From assembly GCA_965112735.1 (NCBI GenBank), contig OZ218958.1, forward strand, positions 2,294,001-2,358,000: a DNA stretch of 64,000 nucleotides, in the 5' to 3' direction. Within the stretch, counting starts at the first letter, position 1; each line of letters opens with the position of its first letter. The notes below the pieces were generated by a model that was given only the letters and a program-made list of their open reading frames with translations, was not told where the DNA came from and ran no database searches. Below are positions 1-11,448 of this stretch, piece after piece. The position numbers and the translations under genes are program-made. Source of the DNA: Phaeosaccion multiseriatum (lineage: Eukaryota; Protista; Ochrophyta, other classes).

Positions 1-32
1 CCTGCCATCCCCTGCCACACCCTTCTCCTCAC

Positions 33-3000
33 CAGCAGGGCGTGGGTCAGTTGACTCCTCCGCTCTGAGCACATCCCCCTCCTCCACCTCCGAGCCGGGG
101 GGGAAGCTCACACCGTACAACTGGTACTTGAACGCGTCCAGCCCATTCACCTGGTTGGTCGTTGGGAAGTAAGTCAATGAGAATGGTTTTGTGGATGGGT
201 ATGCAAGCGAACAGTGAGAAGGCTTTCGAATGGGCAGCGGACGGATGTCTCTGTATCTTGTAGCCTTCCTGCGAAACATATCTACCTTGGCAGCAGGGAA
301 GAGGGGACGAGCCCTTTTATCCTCTTCTCCCTCCCTCCCTCCCTCCCTCCCTCCCTCCCTCCCCCCTTCCCTCTCTCCCGCCCTCCCTTCCTCCCTCCCT
401 CCCTCCCTCCCCTCCCCTCTCTCCTGCCCTTCCTCCCTCCCCTCCCTCCCTCCCTCCTCTCACCTTGGACACTGCTTCCTGCCCCATATAACACCCCTTA
501 TCAAAATGCACCGAGTGCCACAGCCCGGCATCAAGCGGGTTGTAGTCCTTCGTCATCTCCTTGCCAGGCCAAGGCCTCCCCTGCTTGACCCGCAGCAGCT
601 GCCACTCCTCCTCCCCCACTACTTGCCCGCCGCATCGCTCGCTCAACTCCCTCCACAGACGGGAAGCAATCTCCACCGGTGCGAACACAGTGTAACCGGG
701 GAGCCGCAGCCCGGTCGACGCACACACATGAGCAACCCCAACCTTGGGATACCCCTCCTTATCATAGAGCCACGAAGAGAAGAGCCCCGACTCTGGCAGG
801 GTGGCCCCTTGCTGGAATACTGGGAGGTCAGTCAACGCCTCTGCGGCTCCCGACCCCATGATTGAGAAGACGGCGAACTGAGCGGATGCGTTCTCCACCT
901 CCACCTGTGAATTGGGGTTTTGGGTTTGGGTGTGTGGGGGAGGGGAGTGAGACTTGGGTGTGTGCATGAGGAGGAGAGGAGTGAGACTTGGGTGTGAGCA
1001 TGGGGAGGAGAGGAGTGAGACTTGGGTGTGTGCATGAGGAGGAGAGGAGTGAGACTTGGGTGTGAGCATGGGGAGGAGAGGAGTGAGACTTGGGTGTGTG
1101 CATGGGGAGGAGAGGAGTGAGACTTGGGTGTGAGCATGAGGAGGAGAGGAGTGAGACTTGGGTGTGAGCATGGGGAGGAGAGGAGTGAGACTAGGGTGTG
1201 AGCATGGGGAGGAGGAGTGAGACTAGGGTGTGTAGATGACGGCCTCCAGGGGGGGTTGGGGGGGGGGGTAGATGGAAGCAGAGAAGCAAGCAGAGCATCG
1301 TATTCTCCGGTCAGCCACAAAGGCGAGCGGAGATTACAATCACAGTGAGAGACCGATCGACCTACCCCAGACAGATTGACACAGAGAGAGAGAGAGAACG
1401 GAGAGAGAGAGGCAGAGAGATAGACAGAGGAACATACAGAAAGAGAAGACGGAGAGAGAGGTAGAGAGAGAGAGGCAGAGATAGAGGAACATACAGAAAG
1501 AGAAGACGGAGAGAGAGGTAGAGAGGGAGAGAGAGGCAGAGAGAGAGGAACATACAGAAAGAGAAGACGGAGAGAGAGAGGTAGAGAGAGAGAGAGGCAG
1601 AGAGAGAGGAACATACAGAAAGAGAAGACGGAGAGAGAGGTAGAGAGGGAGAGAGAGGCAGAGAGAGAGGAACATACAGAAAGAGAAGACGGAGAGAGAG
1701 AGGTAGAGAGAGAGGCAGAGAGAGAGGCAGCGAGACAGAGGACAGAGGGGTCAGGACAGGCCTATCGTACCTTGTCAAGCTTGAAGAGGAATTTCTCGAA
1801 CTGAGTCAGACGTGCCTTGGTGCGGTGCGGTGAACAGAGCAGCATCACCCTGTACCCAATGAGACAGACAGACAGAGAGAGGGAGAGAGCGTGGGTGAGT
1901 GAGTGAGTGAGTGTGTAGGTGGATGGGTGGGTGCGTGAGTGAGCGAGTGAGTGAGGAGTGAATCAGCGACCGAGAAGACCGTGCGACCGTGAGATGGTGA
2001 GATGGGGGCGAGCAAGTGAGCGAGTGAGCGAGTGAGTGAGTGAGTGAGTGAGTGAGGGATGGAGTTAGTGAGTGAGCGAGTGAGTGAGTGAGTGAGTGAA
2101 TGAGTGGGTGAGCGAGTGAGTGAGTGGTGAGTGAGTGAGTGAGTGAGTGGGTGAGCGAGTGAGTGAGTGAGTGAGTGAATGAGTGAGCGAGCGAGTGAGT
2201 GAGTGGTGAGTGAGTGGTGAGTGAGTGAGTGAGTGGGTGAGCGAGTGAGTGAGTGGTGAGTGAGTGAGTGAGTGAGTGAGTAGCAACGCACTTGTCCTCC
2301 TCTACAAGCCCCAGACAGAGGTCAGAGTTCTCGTCCATACGGCCCTGCGCACTGAGGAATGAGCAGGGAACCAGAGAACCGGGCTGGGCGCCTTTTGGTT
2401 GATTGGTTGGGGAGAGGGGGGGGGATGCAGATGGAGGGTGAGCGAGCAGGTGAGCAGGCGTTGGTAACGGGACAGAGGGTAGATAGGACAGCGTCTAGGG
2501 GGCATCCGGTTGGGGCGCAATCTTTGTGCCAGGGGAGGAGAGGGAAGGGGTGAAGTACGAAGAAGTCTTTGCCCGTTGAGGTACGCATATGTGAGGTTCG
2601 CAGAGCTTGGCGTAGTGGAAGGATGAGTTGGGCAAGTAAGGGGAGAATTTGCGCGGGAGAGAGGAGGGCAGGGCCATGATGCATACCGACAACAAACAGC
2701 AGACAACACAGGCACATTTCTTCCCCCTTCACCCCTCCATACTATGCTTCGCTCACGCACCTTCGAATGCGTTTGTGGACTGCGAATGCAGGAAGCGCAG
2801 ATGGTCTTCTCCCTGTAAAGAAATCACTCCCCAGTGCGAGCGGCACGACAGCACCGCGCCGTCCTCGAGGGTCGCCTCCACCTCCGCCAAACGCTCCGGC
2901 GAGAGACCCTTCTCCGACGAGGCCGTGTACGACAGTAGCACGTCCCCCTTGCCGCCGTCTGTCCACTCTGCGCTCGCCACACGCCCTCCGTCCTTCCGCT

Positions 3001-3172
3001 GTACGTCTCTGAGCTTCGCCTTTGCCCTTTCGTTCTTGTACCCAGACGCACCCTTCATGGCCCCTTTCACGGAGGCAGGGACGGAGAACGAGCCCGCCGA
3101 CTGCAGCATCAGCAGCAGCACACTTGCCAGGGCCGTGAGGTTCCACAGGAAAAGAGAGGGAAAAGGCCCCAT
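33..3172 (-). CDS. ygfZ: Folate-dependent Fe/S-cluster protein, YgfZ/COG0354/Iba57 family, probably plastid-targeted; 3' end runs off the window
   Basis: Spliced exons 3172-2761, 2391-2292, 1849-1771, 904-464, 150-33, all GT-AG and frame-consistent. Family signature HFDKGCYMGQE in exon 4; GEDHLRFLHSQSTN in exon 1. N-terminal signal peptide ends AGS-FSVP (ASAFAP-like). Confidence 0.9.
935..1232. repeat. ~34-bp minisatellite (GAGTGAGACTTGGGTGTGWGCATGRGGAGGAGAG), about 8 copies, intronic
   Basis: Tandem copies visible in intron 3 of ygfZ. Confidence 0.85.
1400..1720. repeat. ~60-bp GA-rich minisatellite (core GAGGAACATACAGAAAGAGAAGACGG), about 5 copies, intronic
   Basis: The core recurs at ~60-bp spacing between 1427 and 1692. 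Confidence 0.85.
1870..2282. repeat. (GAGT)n/(ACTC)n microsatellite filling ygfZ intron 2
   Basis: Read directly from the sequence. Confidence 0.9.
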
Positions 3173-3471
3173 TGATTTCTCTGTGATCAGACCTTGATGA
3201 TCGTGTCACCACTCTTCCCTTCTGTGGCTCTCTTCACATTCCTACCGCTGCTGCTACTGCTGCTGCTGCTTCTTCTGTAAGCGGTAGTTGAGCTGCTACC
3301 GCTTTCTTTCTTTCCTCCTCTTCTCTCTCTCTCCTGAGGCGGCGGTATGCCCGTATGCCTCCATTCCTCACACACAGGAGCACGTACATGTATATAAGAC
3401 GTCAAGAAAGGGAGATGATGGGGCTAGTTACGCAAGCGGGGAGGGGAGGCATGCTGCCCTGCGCGGGAATC
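3173..3471. promoter_or_regulatory. Probable bidirectional promoter (ygfZ / EF-hand gene)
   Basis: Divergent start codons about 250-300 bp apart; inferred from geometry only. Confidence 0.5.
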
Positions 3472-5685
3472 ATGGTGCAATGGATGATGGTCGTATGTGT
3501 GCTCTGCTGCGCGGTGGTGGTAATGGCCAGCGATGGTTGGACGGATGGGCGAGCTCTGGAGGATGACTTCTTTGCCCAGGCCACGCGGAGGCAGCAGCAG
3601 ATGTACCAGGAGCAGAGAGGGTGAGTTGAATACCGATGGGGCTTGGAGGGGCGAGAGAGAGAGGTGGAGCGGCTGGGGGGGAGCGGTATGTGCAGGGAAG
3701 TGGAGGGGTTGCAAGGGTGGACACTTGGAGGCAGGAGGGAGCACGATGCAACCAGAGTCCACGGAGCGAAGCGTGCGGCGCATACACAGCTGCGGGGCTG
3801 ACAGTATGTGGGAAGGAGTTCACCAAGGTGTTCTTTGAGGGGTCGTACTCTAGTGGCGCTGAAATACGATGGCGCAATCGCAGCTGCATACCGAGGAAGC
3901 GGGCCGGTCCAAAACATTCTGTCATGGACAGGGCGAGGTGGATGGTTCAGCAAACTTGCCTCGCTGCCACCAACACCACTTTCTCCCCTTTTCCCTGTCC
4001 CTGACGCCTCCCCCCCTCTCTCTCATCTCTCTCTCTCTCTCTTCTCCTCGCTCTTCCTCGCACACACACACACACACACAGGGGCGGGCGGCCATGGGGC
4101 ACGTACGCATGTGGTCTCGTGGCAGGCTGGGTGGTGGACTGGTGGTGGGGAGGCTCCTCCGTCAAGAGGCTCAACAAGCGCTTCAAGAAGGACGTTGCCG
4201 ACCTCAACACCAAGTTCACCAACGAGAAGGACCGCATCCTGCACCTCAAGGGCGTGCAGTTGCAGGAGTACGAGCAAAGGCTGCAGGTATGTGTGTGCGT
4301 GTGTGCGTGCGTGCGTGCGTGCGTGTGTGTGTGTTGGGGGGGGGGGGGGGCGTGTGTGCGTGTGCGTGTGCGGGCGGAGGGCATGGAGAACGAGGAAGAG
4401 AGATAGATTGATAGAGAGAGGGAGATAAGGGGGAAGGGACAGAGATGAAGAGAGCGAAAGGAGAGCGCGAAAGTCGCGAAGGTCGAGCGAGAGGGGATGC
4501 GGGGGGGGGGGGGGAGGGCTCGTTGGTGATACAGCGAGCGGGGAGGGCGCTTTCCTCCACTCCTCCACGGTACAGGAGTTGGTCATACAGCAGGGAAGAC
4601 TTCCGGTGTCGATGGTTGGACCTTACTCGACTGATGTCCCGCCCTCCAACCCCCCTCCCCCTCGGTCATTCTGTCTCCTCGGTCATTCCGTTTCCTCGAT
4701 CATTCCGTCTCCCACACCCCCACAGGATGCGGACCTGACCATTCAGCAGCTGCAGCAGGCGGCGGTGGACGCGGGAGTCGACCTCGGCGTCACTCAGACC
4801 CAGGTATAGATCAGGTATAGAAACTTACGTATGAGAAAGTATGGTGAAGTATGAGGCACGGACCAGGCATGGATCCAGGTGTAGATGTAGGTATAGAGAC
4901 TTAAGTATGAGTAAGTATGAGGCAGGGACCAGGTATGGATCCAGGTGTAGATGTAGGTGTACTGCGATTTGGCGGTTGAATGGCACTTTTGACGCCCCGT
5001 GAATTTTATTAGACGCCCCTTGTCTCCGACTTTGCCCAGTTTGACTGCGTGTGAACCCCTTTATTGACCGCCTTTGACCCCATTTGATCCACTGTTTGAC
5101 TCCCTGTTTGACCCGCGTTGACGCACTTTGATCACCTTTGATCTGACTTATCCCTTTCCATCCACTGCCATCCCCTGCCATCCCCTGCCATCCACTGCCA
5201 TCCCCTGCCATCCACTGCCATCCCCTGCCATCCCCTGCTATCCACTGCCATCCCCTGCTATCCACTGCCATCCACTGCCATCCACTGCCCTCGCCTCAGC
5301 TTGATTATGACGAGTTCAAGCAGCCCGACCTCAACAACGACGACATGATCAGCCGGGCGGAGTTCACGGCCTACATTCAGAACTACCTCAAAGTAAGAGG
5401 AAGGATAGAGAGAGAGAGACGGACAGAGAGAGGGCGTTAGAGAGGGGGAGAGAAGGAACGAGAGAGACGGAGAAAATGACTACCTCAAGAAGACGAGGGG
5501 GGAGAGAAAGAGAGAGAGAGAGTGATGGATAGCGTACTGCTGCTTCTGCTGCTTCTACTGCTTCTACTGCTAGTGCTGCTGTGTCCCTTCGTTTACTTGG
5601 GGGTTGGGCGATTCACTGTATCTCTCTCACACGCACAAAACAACACACAACACACCCAAACACACACACACACACACAAACACAC

Positions 5686-5746
<61 letters not shown>

Positions 5747-6333
5747 GGCGTACCCGCACATCAGTAAGGCCGACATTCCGCGTTTCGAGGACTTCGACAT
5801 TAACAAGGACGGCATCGTGACATTCAGCGAGTGGCAGAAGTACCTAGACGCACAGAGGGGCGACGTTGACCCTCAGACCGACCACCAGAACGAGCTCGTT
5901 GCTAAGATGAGAGAGCAGGTGAGGGGGGGGGATGGCAGTGGATGGAGGGGGCGGGGGTGAGGGTGTGGGGGGAGGGTGAGGGGATGAGGCGGAGGGATGG
6001 GGAGGTGGGGTGGGACAGAGAGGGAGAGAACAGGGAGGGAGAGAGGGAGGGAAGGAAGGAGGAACGGGTGTGTAGTGATATGTATCGGCCTACCATGCTA
6101 CTTTGCTTGTCTGTCCTGAGTCGGCGTGAGCATGCATGCAGCATGTATGTATGGCTTGGCGTGAAAGGGTGCCGTAACAGCCGTACCACTCATCACTCCC
6201 TGCGGCCCGCTCCTTCCCCCCCGCTCCCCCCGCTCTCCCTCCCTCCCTCCCTCCCTCCCTCCCTTCCTCTCTATAGTCGGCGAATGCCCAAAATTTCAAT
6301 CAGGTGCACGAGCAGCTGCGCAACAGATACTGA
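3472..6333 (+). CDS. Signal/anchor + TM + coiled-coil + two EF-hand Ca2+-binding protein
   Basis: Exons 3472(alternatives 3415/3451)-3620, 4082-4286, 4726-4803, 5300-5392, 5748-5918, 6277-6333, frame-consistent. EF loops DLNNDDMISRAE and DINKDGIVTFSE; hydrophobic segments MMVVCVLCCAVVVM and YACGLVAGWVVDWWW. The start codon is uncertain. Confidence 0.8.
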
Positions 6334-6932
6334 GCTACCGATGGCAGTGGAGGGGGTGGGGTGGGGGGAGGAGAAGAAGGAGGAGGAAGCTTCTGTTTTC
6401 GGTACAGAAGGAGGGGCGTAAGTAGGCAGACTTTGGCGTTTGCTTGCCGCACGGCTTGCTTTGGTTCCTCTTGCCTGCTGACGGACGTGTGGGAGGAAAG
6501 GAGTATGGGCAGGCAGGCATATTGGAGGGGGGCTCGTTAGTGTGGTGGGATATATTATATCAATAAACAATTAGATGATAAACGCTAATTATTTATACCG
6601 GAGATGGGCCTTTCTCTCTCCATGAATCAATCAGAGGTAGGCTTTGTTTTCTCTTTTCGGAGGCTGATGACTTTATGCCGTTGCTGCCCTGCCTTGCACA
6701 CAGCAATCAATCGACACTGGACCGCGCACACACACACACTCCCTGTTGTTATTGGAGCGGTCACCATAACTCACACTTAAGAACACCAACACACCGCTTG
6801 GGCACCAAGTACGTACGTGTGTCGGCATTGTATTGGACTTGTTGAGACGATTAGGGCCCATCCATCGATTCCTCTTTGCACCGCGAGATGTTGTGATGAG
6901 AGAGAGAGAGAGAGACAGACAACACAGACAGA

Positions 6933-6988
<56 letters not shown>

Positions 6989-7016
6989 CACGCACACAGA
7001 GAGAGTGAGATGTCCA

Positions 7017-7127
<111 letters not shown>

Positions 7128-7446
7128 CACGCACACAGAGAGAGTGAGATGTCCAAGCTCGCTCAACTCTTCAGACCTTCACTCTCTCTCCCCCACCTTC
7201 ACCGTCACCCCCCCCCCCCCGCACTCCCCTCCCTTCATCCCTTTTGTGACGATTGCTGCCTTTGGGCCTGAAGTCACATCTGCCCCAAAATAAATGGAGG
7301 ACATCAATATTTTATGTCGAGGACATCTATATATGATGTGGAGGACACACTATGAGGCTTTCAGATTTGTCAATAAAAGAAAATTAATTTTAATTAAAAT
7401 TAATGAAGTATTGTCGCCAGCACTAAGCGTCGCACACCTAAGGTGT

Positions 7447-7485
7447 TTACTTGTCTCGGTCTGAGAGAGAGAGAGGGAGAGAGAT

Positions 7486-7571
<86 letters not shown>

Positions 7572-7770
7572 GGGAGGGTGAAGGGATTGAGCATTTGGGG
7601 AGATGAGATTTAGCGGCACATGGGCAGGCAGGGGAGGGAGAAAATGGAGGCGTATGGGCATGTGGCAGGGAGGGAGAAGATGAAGGCATATGGGCATATG
7701 TATATGTGGCAGGGGGGGAGGATTAGAGACAAAAGAGGAGAGAAGGGGGGGGAGCACAGGAGTAGACATG

Positions 7771-7808
<38 letters not shown>

Positions 7809-9629
7809 TTGGTGATACATCAGCAGCGTCAACAGTTGGTGATACAGCTGCAGCGGGACTCACGTTTGAGGATGAGGATGAGCACCATGAGGCACTGCGA
7901 ACACGAACCCACAGGTAGTCACAGTTGGCGTCGGCGGTCAGATACAGATAGTTGCCGGTTGCAGTTTGCAGGGGGGGAGAGGGGGAGGCGGAGGGAGACG
8001 GAAGGGCAGGAAGAGGGAGGGTCAGCCGAGGGAAGACGAGGCCACGTTAACGCCTCAGGCCAGAGCCTCAAGTCAAGTTAGAGCCTCATGTGGCCCCACC
8101 ACAGACTACAGGCCCCCCTTACAAGAAAGGAGACAAGGCATCACCCCCCATCCACTGCCATCCATCCACCCAATCCACTGCCATCCATCCACGCCATCCA
8201 CTGCCATCCATCCACCCCATCCACCCCATCCATCCACGCCATCCACTGCCATCCATCCACCCCATCCACTGCCATCCATCCACTCACAATGAGGAAAATG
8301 AGGAGCGCGATGCACTTCTTGGGCATGGCGCTCTTTTGGTGCTGCTCCGCCTTCTGCAACTGGCGTACACCCTCCTCGGTGTGGTCAACCACCTGCTCCA
8401 TGTTGAAGTCGATTCTGGAAGGGGGGGAGGGGGGAGGCCGTAGATGGCAGGGGTGACAGTGGATGTGGGATGGCAGTGGATGTGGGATGGCAGTGGATGT
8501 GCGATGGCAGTGGACGGGGGGGGGGGGGGGGTTCAGGGGCTCTGACGAGATGGACAGGAGAGGGGACGCGCGAGAGAGCCAGAGACAGCCTCAGATCGTT
8601 GGGGAGAGGGAGGGAGAGAGAGGACGGAAGAAGAGAGAGGGAGAGAGAGCGAGAGGGAGGTAGAAAGGAAGAGAAAGAGAAAGAGAAAGGAGGAGCGAGA
8701 GCTAGAGCTGCTGAGCTCCTTGCTATTGCCCGTCTGACCCCTACCCCAACACCTGCCAGGCCACCCCTCGCCATCCACTGCCATCCCTCCTCCCCTCACC
8801 TGTCTAGGATGGTTCCCTGGTCGATGACAAGGACGGCAAGCTCCTTGAAGATGGTGCTGAGCTCCTGAATGCTCTGAACGATGTTCATGATCTCGCCGTC
8901 ACGCTGGGCCACCTGTTGGTGATATGGCACATACACGCACCATCATGCAAACACATCGAGAGAGAGAGACGCAAACACATACATCACACACGAATAGAGA
9001 GAGAGAAAGGCACAGAGACAGCGACAGAATGACAGAATGAGTGTTTCCCTCTAAACAAACACGGTACCAGAGAATAGCAAAAAGACTACACGCACACACC
9101 CACGCCCACACCCCAGACGCACACACGCACCCACGCACATACCCACCTACACCCACCCACGCACCCACGCACCCACTCCCGTATCACCAACCCATGCACC
9201 CACCTGCTCCTCCGTGTCCTCCAGCATGGCAAGCTGCTGCTGATTGAAGGCCACACCTAAACCCCCGCCCGCCTGCTTGGATATCTTCTCCTCCTCCGAG
9301 AGAAAGTCGAAACCGTCGCCGCCGGACTTTTGAGCAGAGAGGCGCTTCAGGTACTCCTTCTGACTGCTGCGAAACTGAAGAGAGAGCTGCTGCAGCTTGG
9401 TGGCGGTGGCGCGTTGGATGTTGTTGCGCACCGTCCTCTCTGCGTGTGTGGGTGTGCGGGGAGGGGGTGGGTGGGTGGGTGGGTGGTGGAGGAAGTGAGT
9501 GATCTATACTCCTCGAGGGGTAATATAAACTGATACTGATACTGATTCTGAGATAGTGAAACTGAAAGCACTCTGACCCGCGCACCCCCACACCCACTCA
9601 AGCACGCACGCACACACACAAACACACAC

Positions 9630-9671
<42 letters not shown>

Positions 9672-11075
9672 GCATCAGTGAGAGGCTCCCCCCTGCGCGT
9701 GAGCTCCTTAAGCGCGGCCTCTGCGTGCCTGAAGAGCTTGGTGATCTCCATCGTCACCACTTCGATCTCACGCTCTTTCTCGCTCTCGCTGATCAACACG
9801 ACAAGAGAGAAGGGCAGAAGGAGGAGGTTGGTGATGCAGTGGCAAGTAGGCAGTCAAACCATTCCAACCGATTGACCGTTGGACAGGCATATATTGGATA
9901 GGTAGGCAGGCATATGGACAGGCCGCGTTGAGGCCTTGTCCGATCCTTGTTCCTGCCCCCCCCCTTAGTGCCCTTAGTGCTTAGTTAGTGCTTAGTCGAT
10001 AACTTACCTCTCGTCGAAGGTGACCATGAGGCGTTTGGTGTGCAGGGAAGCAAGCTCCCTCATCTTGAGCTGAACCTTGCGGACATCCTCGTCAACAACG
10101 TCCACCTGGGGATACACAAGCACATGGATATACACGCAGGCAGGGAGGCAGGAGAGAGACCGAGGAGGAGGAGGAGGAGGAGGAGGAGGAGGAGGAGGAA
10201 GGAGAGGAGGAGGGAGAAAGAGGATGGGAGTCAGGGGGGTGGAAATGGACGGCCCAAGCGACAGGAAGACAGGCAGGAAAGGGCGGAGGGGAGAGGAGGG
10301 GAGGGGAGGGTAAGGCCGAGTGAGCGAGTTTCGCTGTTGAGCCTACCTGATCCACCCACACGGGCGGAAGGCTCTGATGTTGCGCTGCCCAATTGGAAGG
10401 TGCTGCATCCTGCGAGGGGGGGAGGGGTGTCGAGGGGAGCGAGGAGAGGAGGGGGAGGGAGAGGGAGAGAGAGACAGACACCATTGATTGGTACGTGAGT
10501 TTCCGTGGGGAGCGGGTGGGAGGTCGAGGAGAGGTGCAGGGGGGGGCAAGGAGGGAGGCCGGGCGGTGGGTGGGCGTGTGCGTTGAGTGGTGGGAGCATC
10601 TATGGGGAGCGGGAGGGAGAGAGAGATAGAGAGAGAGAGAGATTGGTACGTGAACATCCGTGGGAAGCAGGAGGGAGAGCAAAGTAGGGAGGGCAGAAGG
10701 GATAGAGAGAGAGGAAGAGGTGGATATGAGAGAGATACATCGAGGACAGATGGACAGAGAGAGAGCAAAATTCCAACAAGAGGGGGCCAGAAGCCCTATG
10801 CTTGCGCCAACAGAGGACGAAGGTGAGGCAAGGGAGGGACGGAGGGAAGCAGAACTATGGGGCCGTCAATCCGAGTGCGGTAGCCGTCGTCGTCGTGTGT
10901 AGGTGCAGCGTATGCAGCAGCAAGTGCTTCCCACACACAGAAGGAAAAAAAAAGCCAACCCCTCTCTCACCTCAAGCAGGCCACTGTCGCTGTAGTTGTC
11001 AATCTCCTTGCTGGCCCTCTTCCCCCCCCGCTGCCTCAGCTCCACAAACTTCCGCGTGAGATCCCTCGTCGCCAT
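7447..11075 (-). CDS. STX16: Qa-SNARE, syntaxin-16/Tlg2/SYP4 family
   Basis: Exons 11075-10971, 10409-10347, 10105-10008, 9788-9670, 9439-9204, 8912-8800, 8414-8288, 7894-7864, 7460-7447. N-peptide MATRDLTRKF; LPPVWVD; SNARE motif ELAVLVIDQGTILDRIDFNME; C-terminal TM. The last micro-exon (HRDK*) is less certain. Confidence 0.93.
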
Positions 11076-11448
11076 GGTGCAAAGAGAAGAGGGATGGAAC
11101 AAACGGGAGGGAAGGGAGGTCCCTTCTGAGTCAAGCCTGGGCTCCTGCCGCACTTGCTTCCGCCTGTCCCAGATTCGGCTATGCGTAAGGGCGGCAACTT
11201 CTTTGCAACGAGAGCGGCTTCAAACACAAAGACGTCGTCCCCCTTTCGCTACAAATCCCTCACTTTTAGCAAGTCCTTCTCACTCGATCTGTCGCCAAGA
11301 TCACAGATGGAATATCTGGACCACCAACTCTCCCTCTAACCCTGGGGGGTACGTAGTTCGCCGCCGGAAAAAGTAACTGTACCTTCCCCCTTTTCTCTCT
11401 TTTCTCTCTCTCTAGCACTTGTCTCCACAGGAGAGGGGGTGCTTTGAG
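11076..11448. promoter_or_regulatory. Probable bidirectional promoter (STX16 / CFAP92), possibly with a 5'UTR intron (~11349-11430)
   Basis: Divergent ATGs 373 bp apart; GT, a pyrimidine tract and CAG lie upstream of the CFAP92 ATG. Confidence 0.5.

Noticed and set aside
9961-10000. CCCTTAG/TTAG repeats as an interstitial telomere
   Set aside because: Only a few degenerate copies occur, inside an intron.
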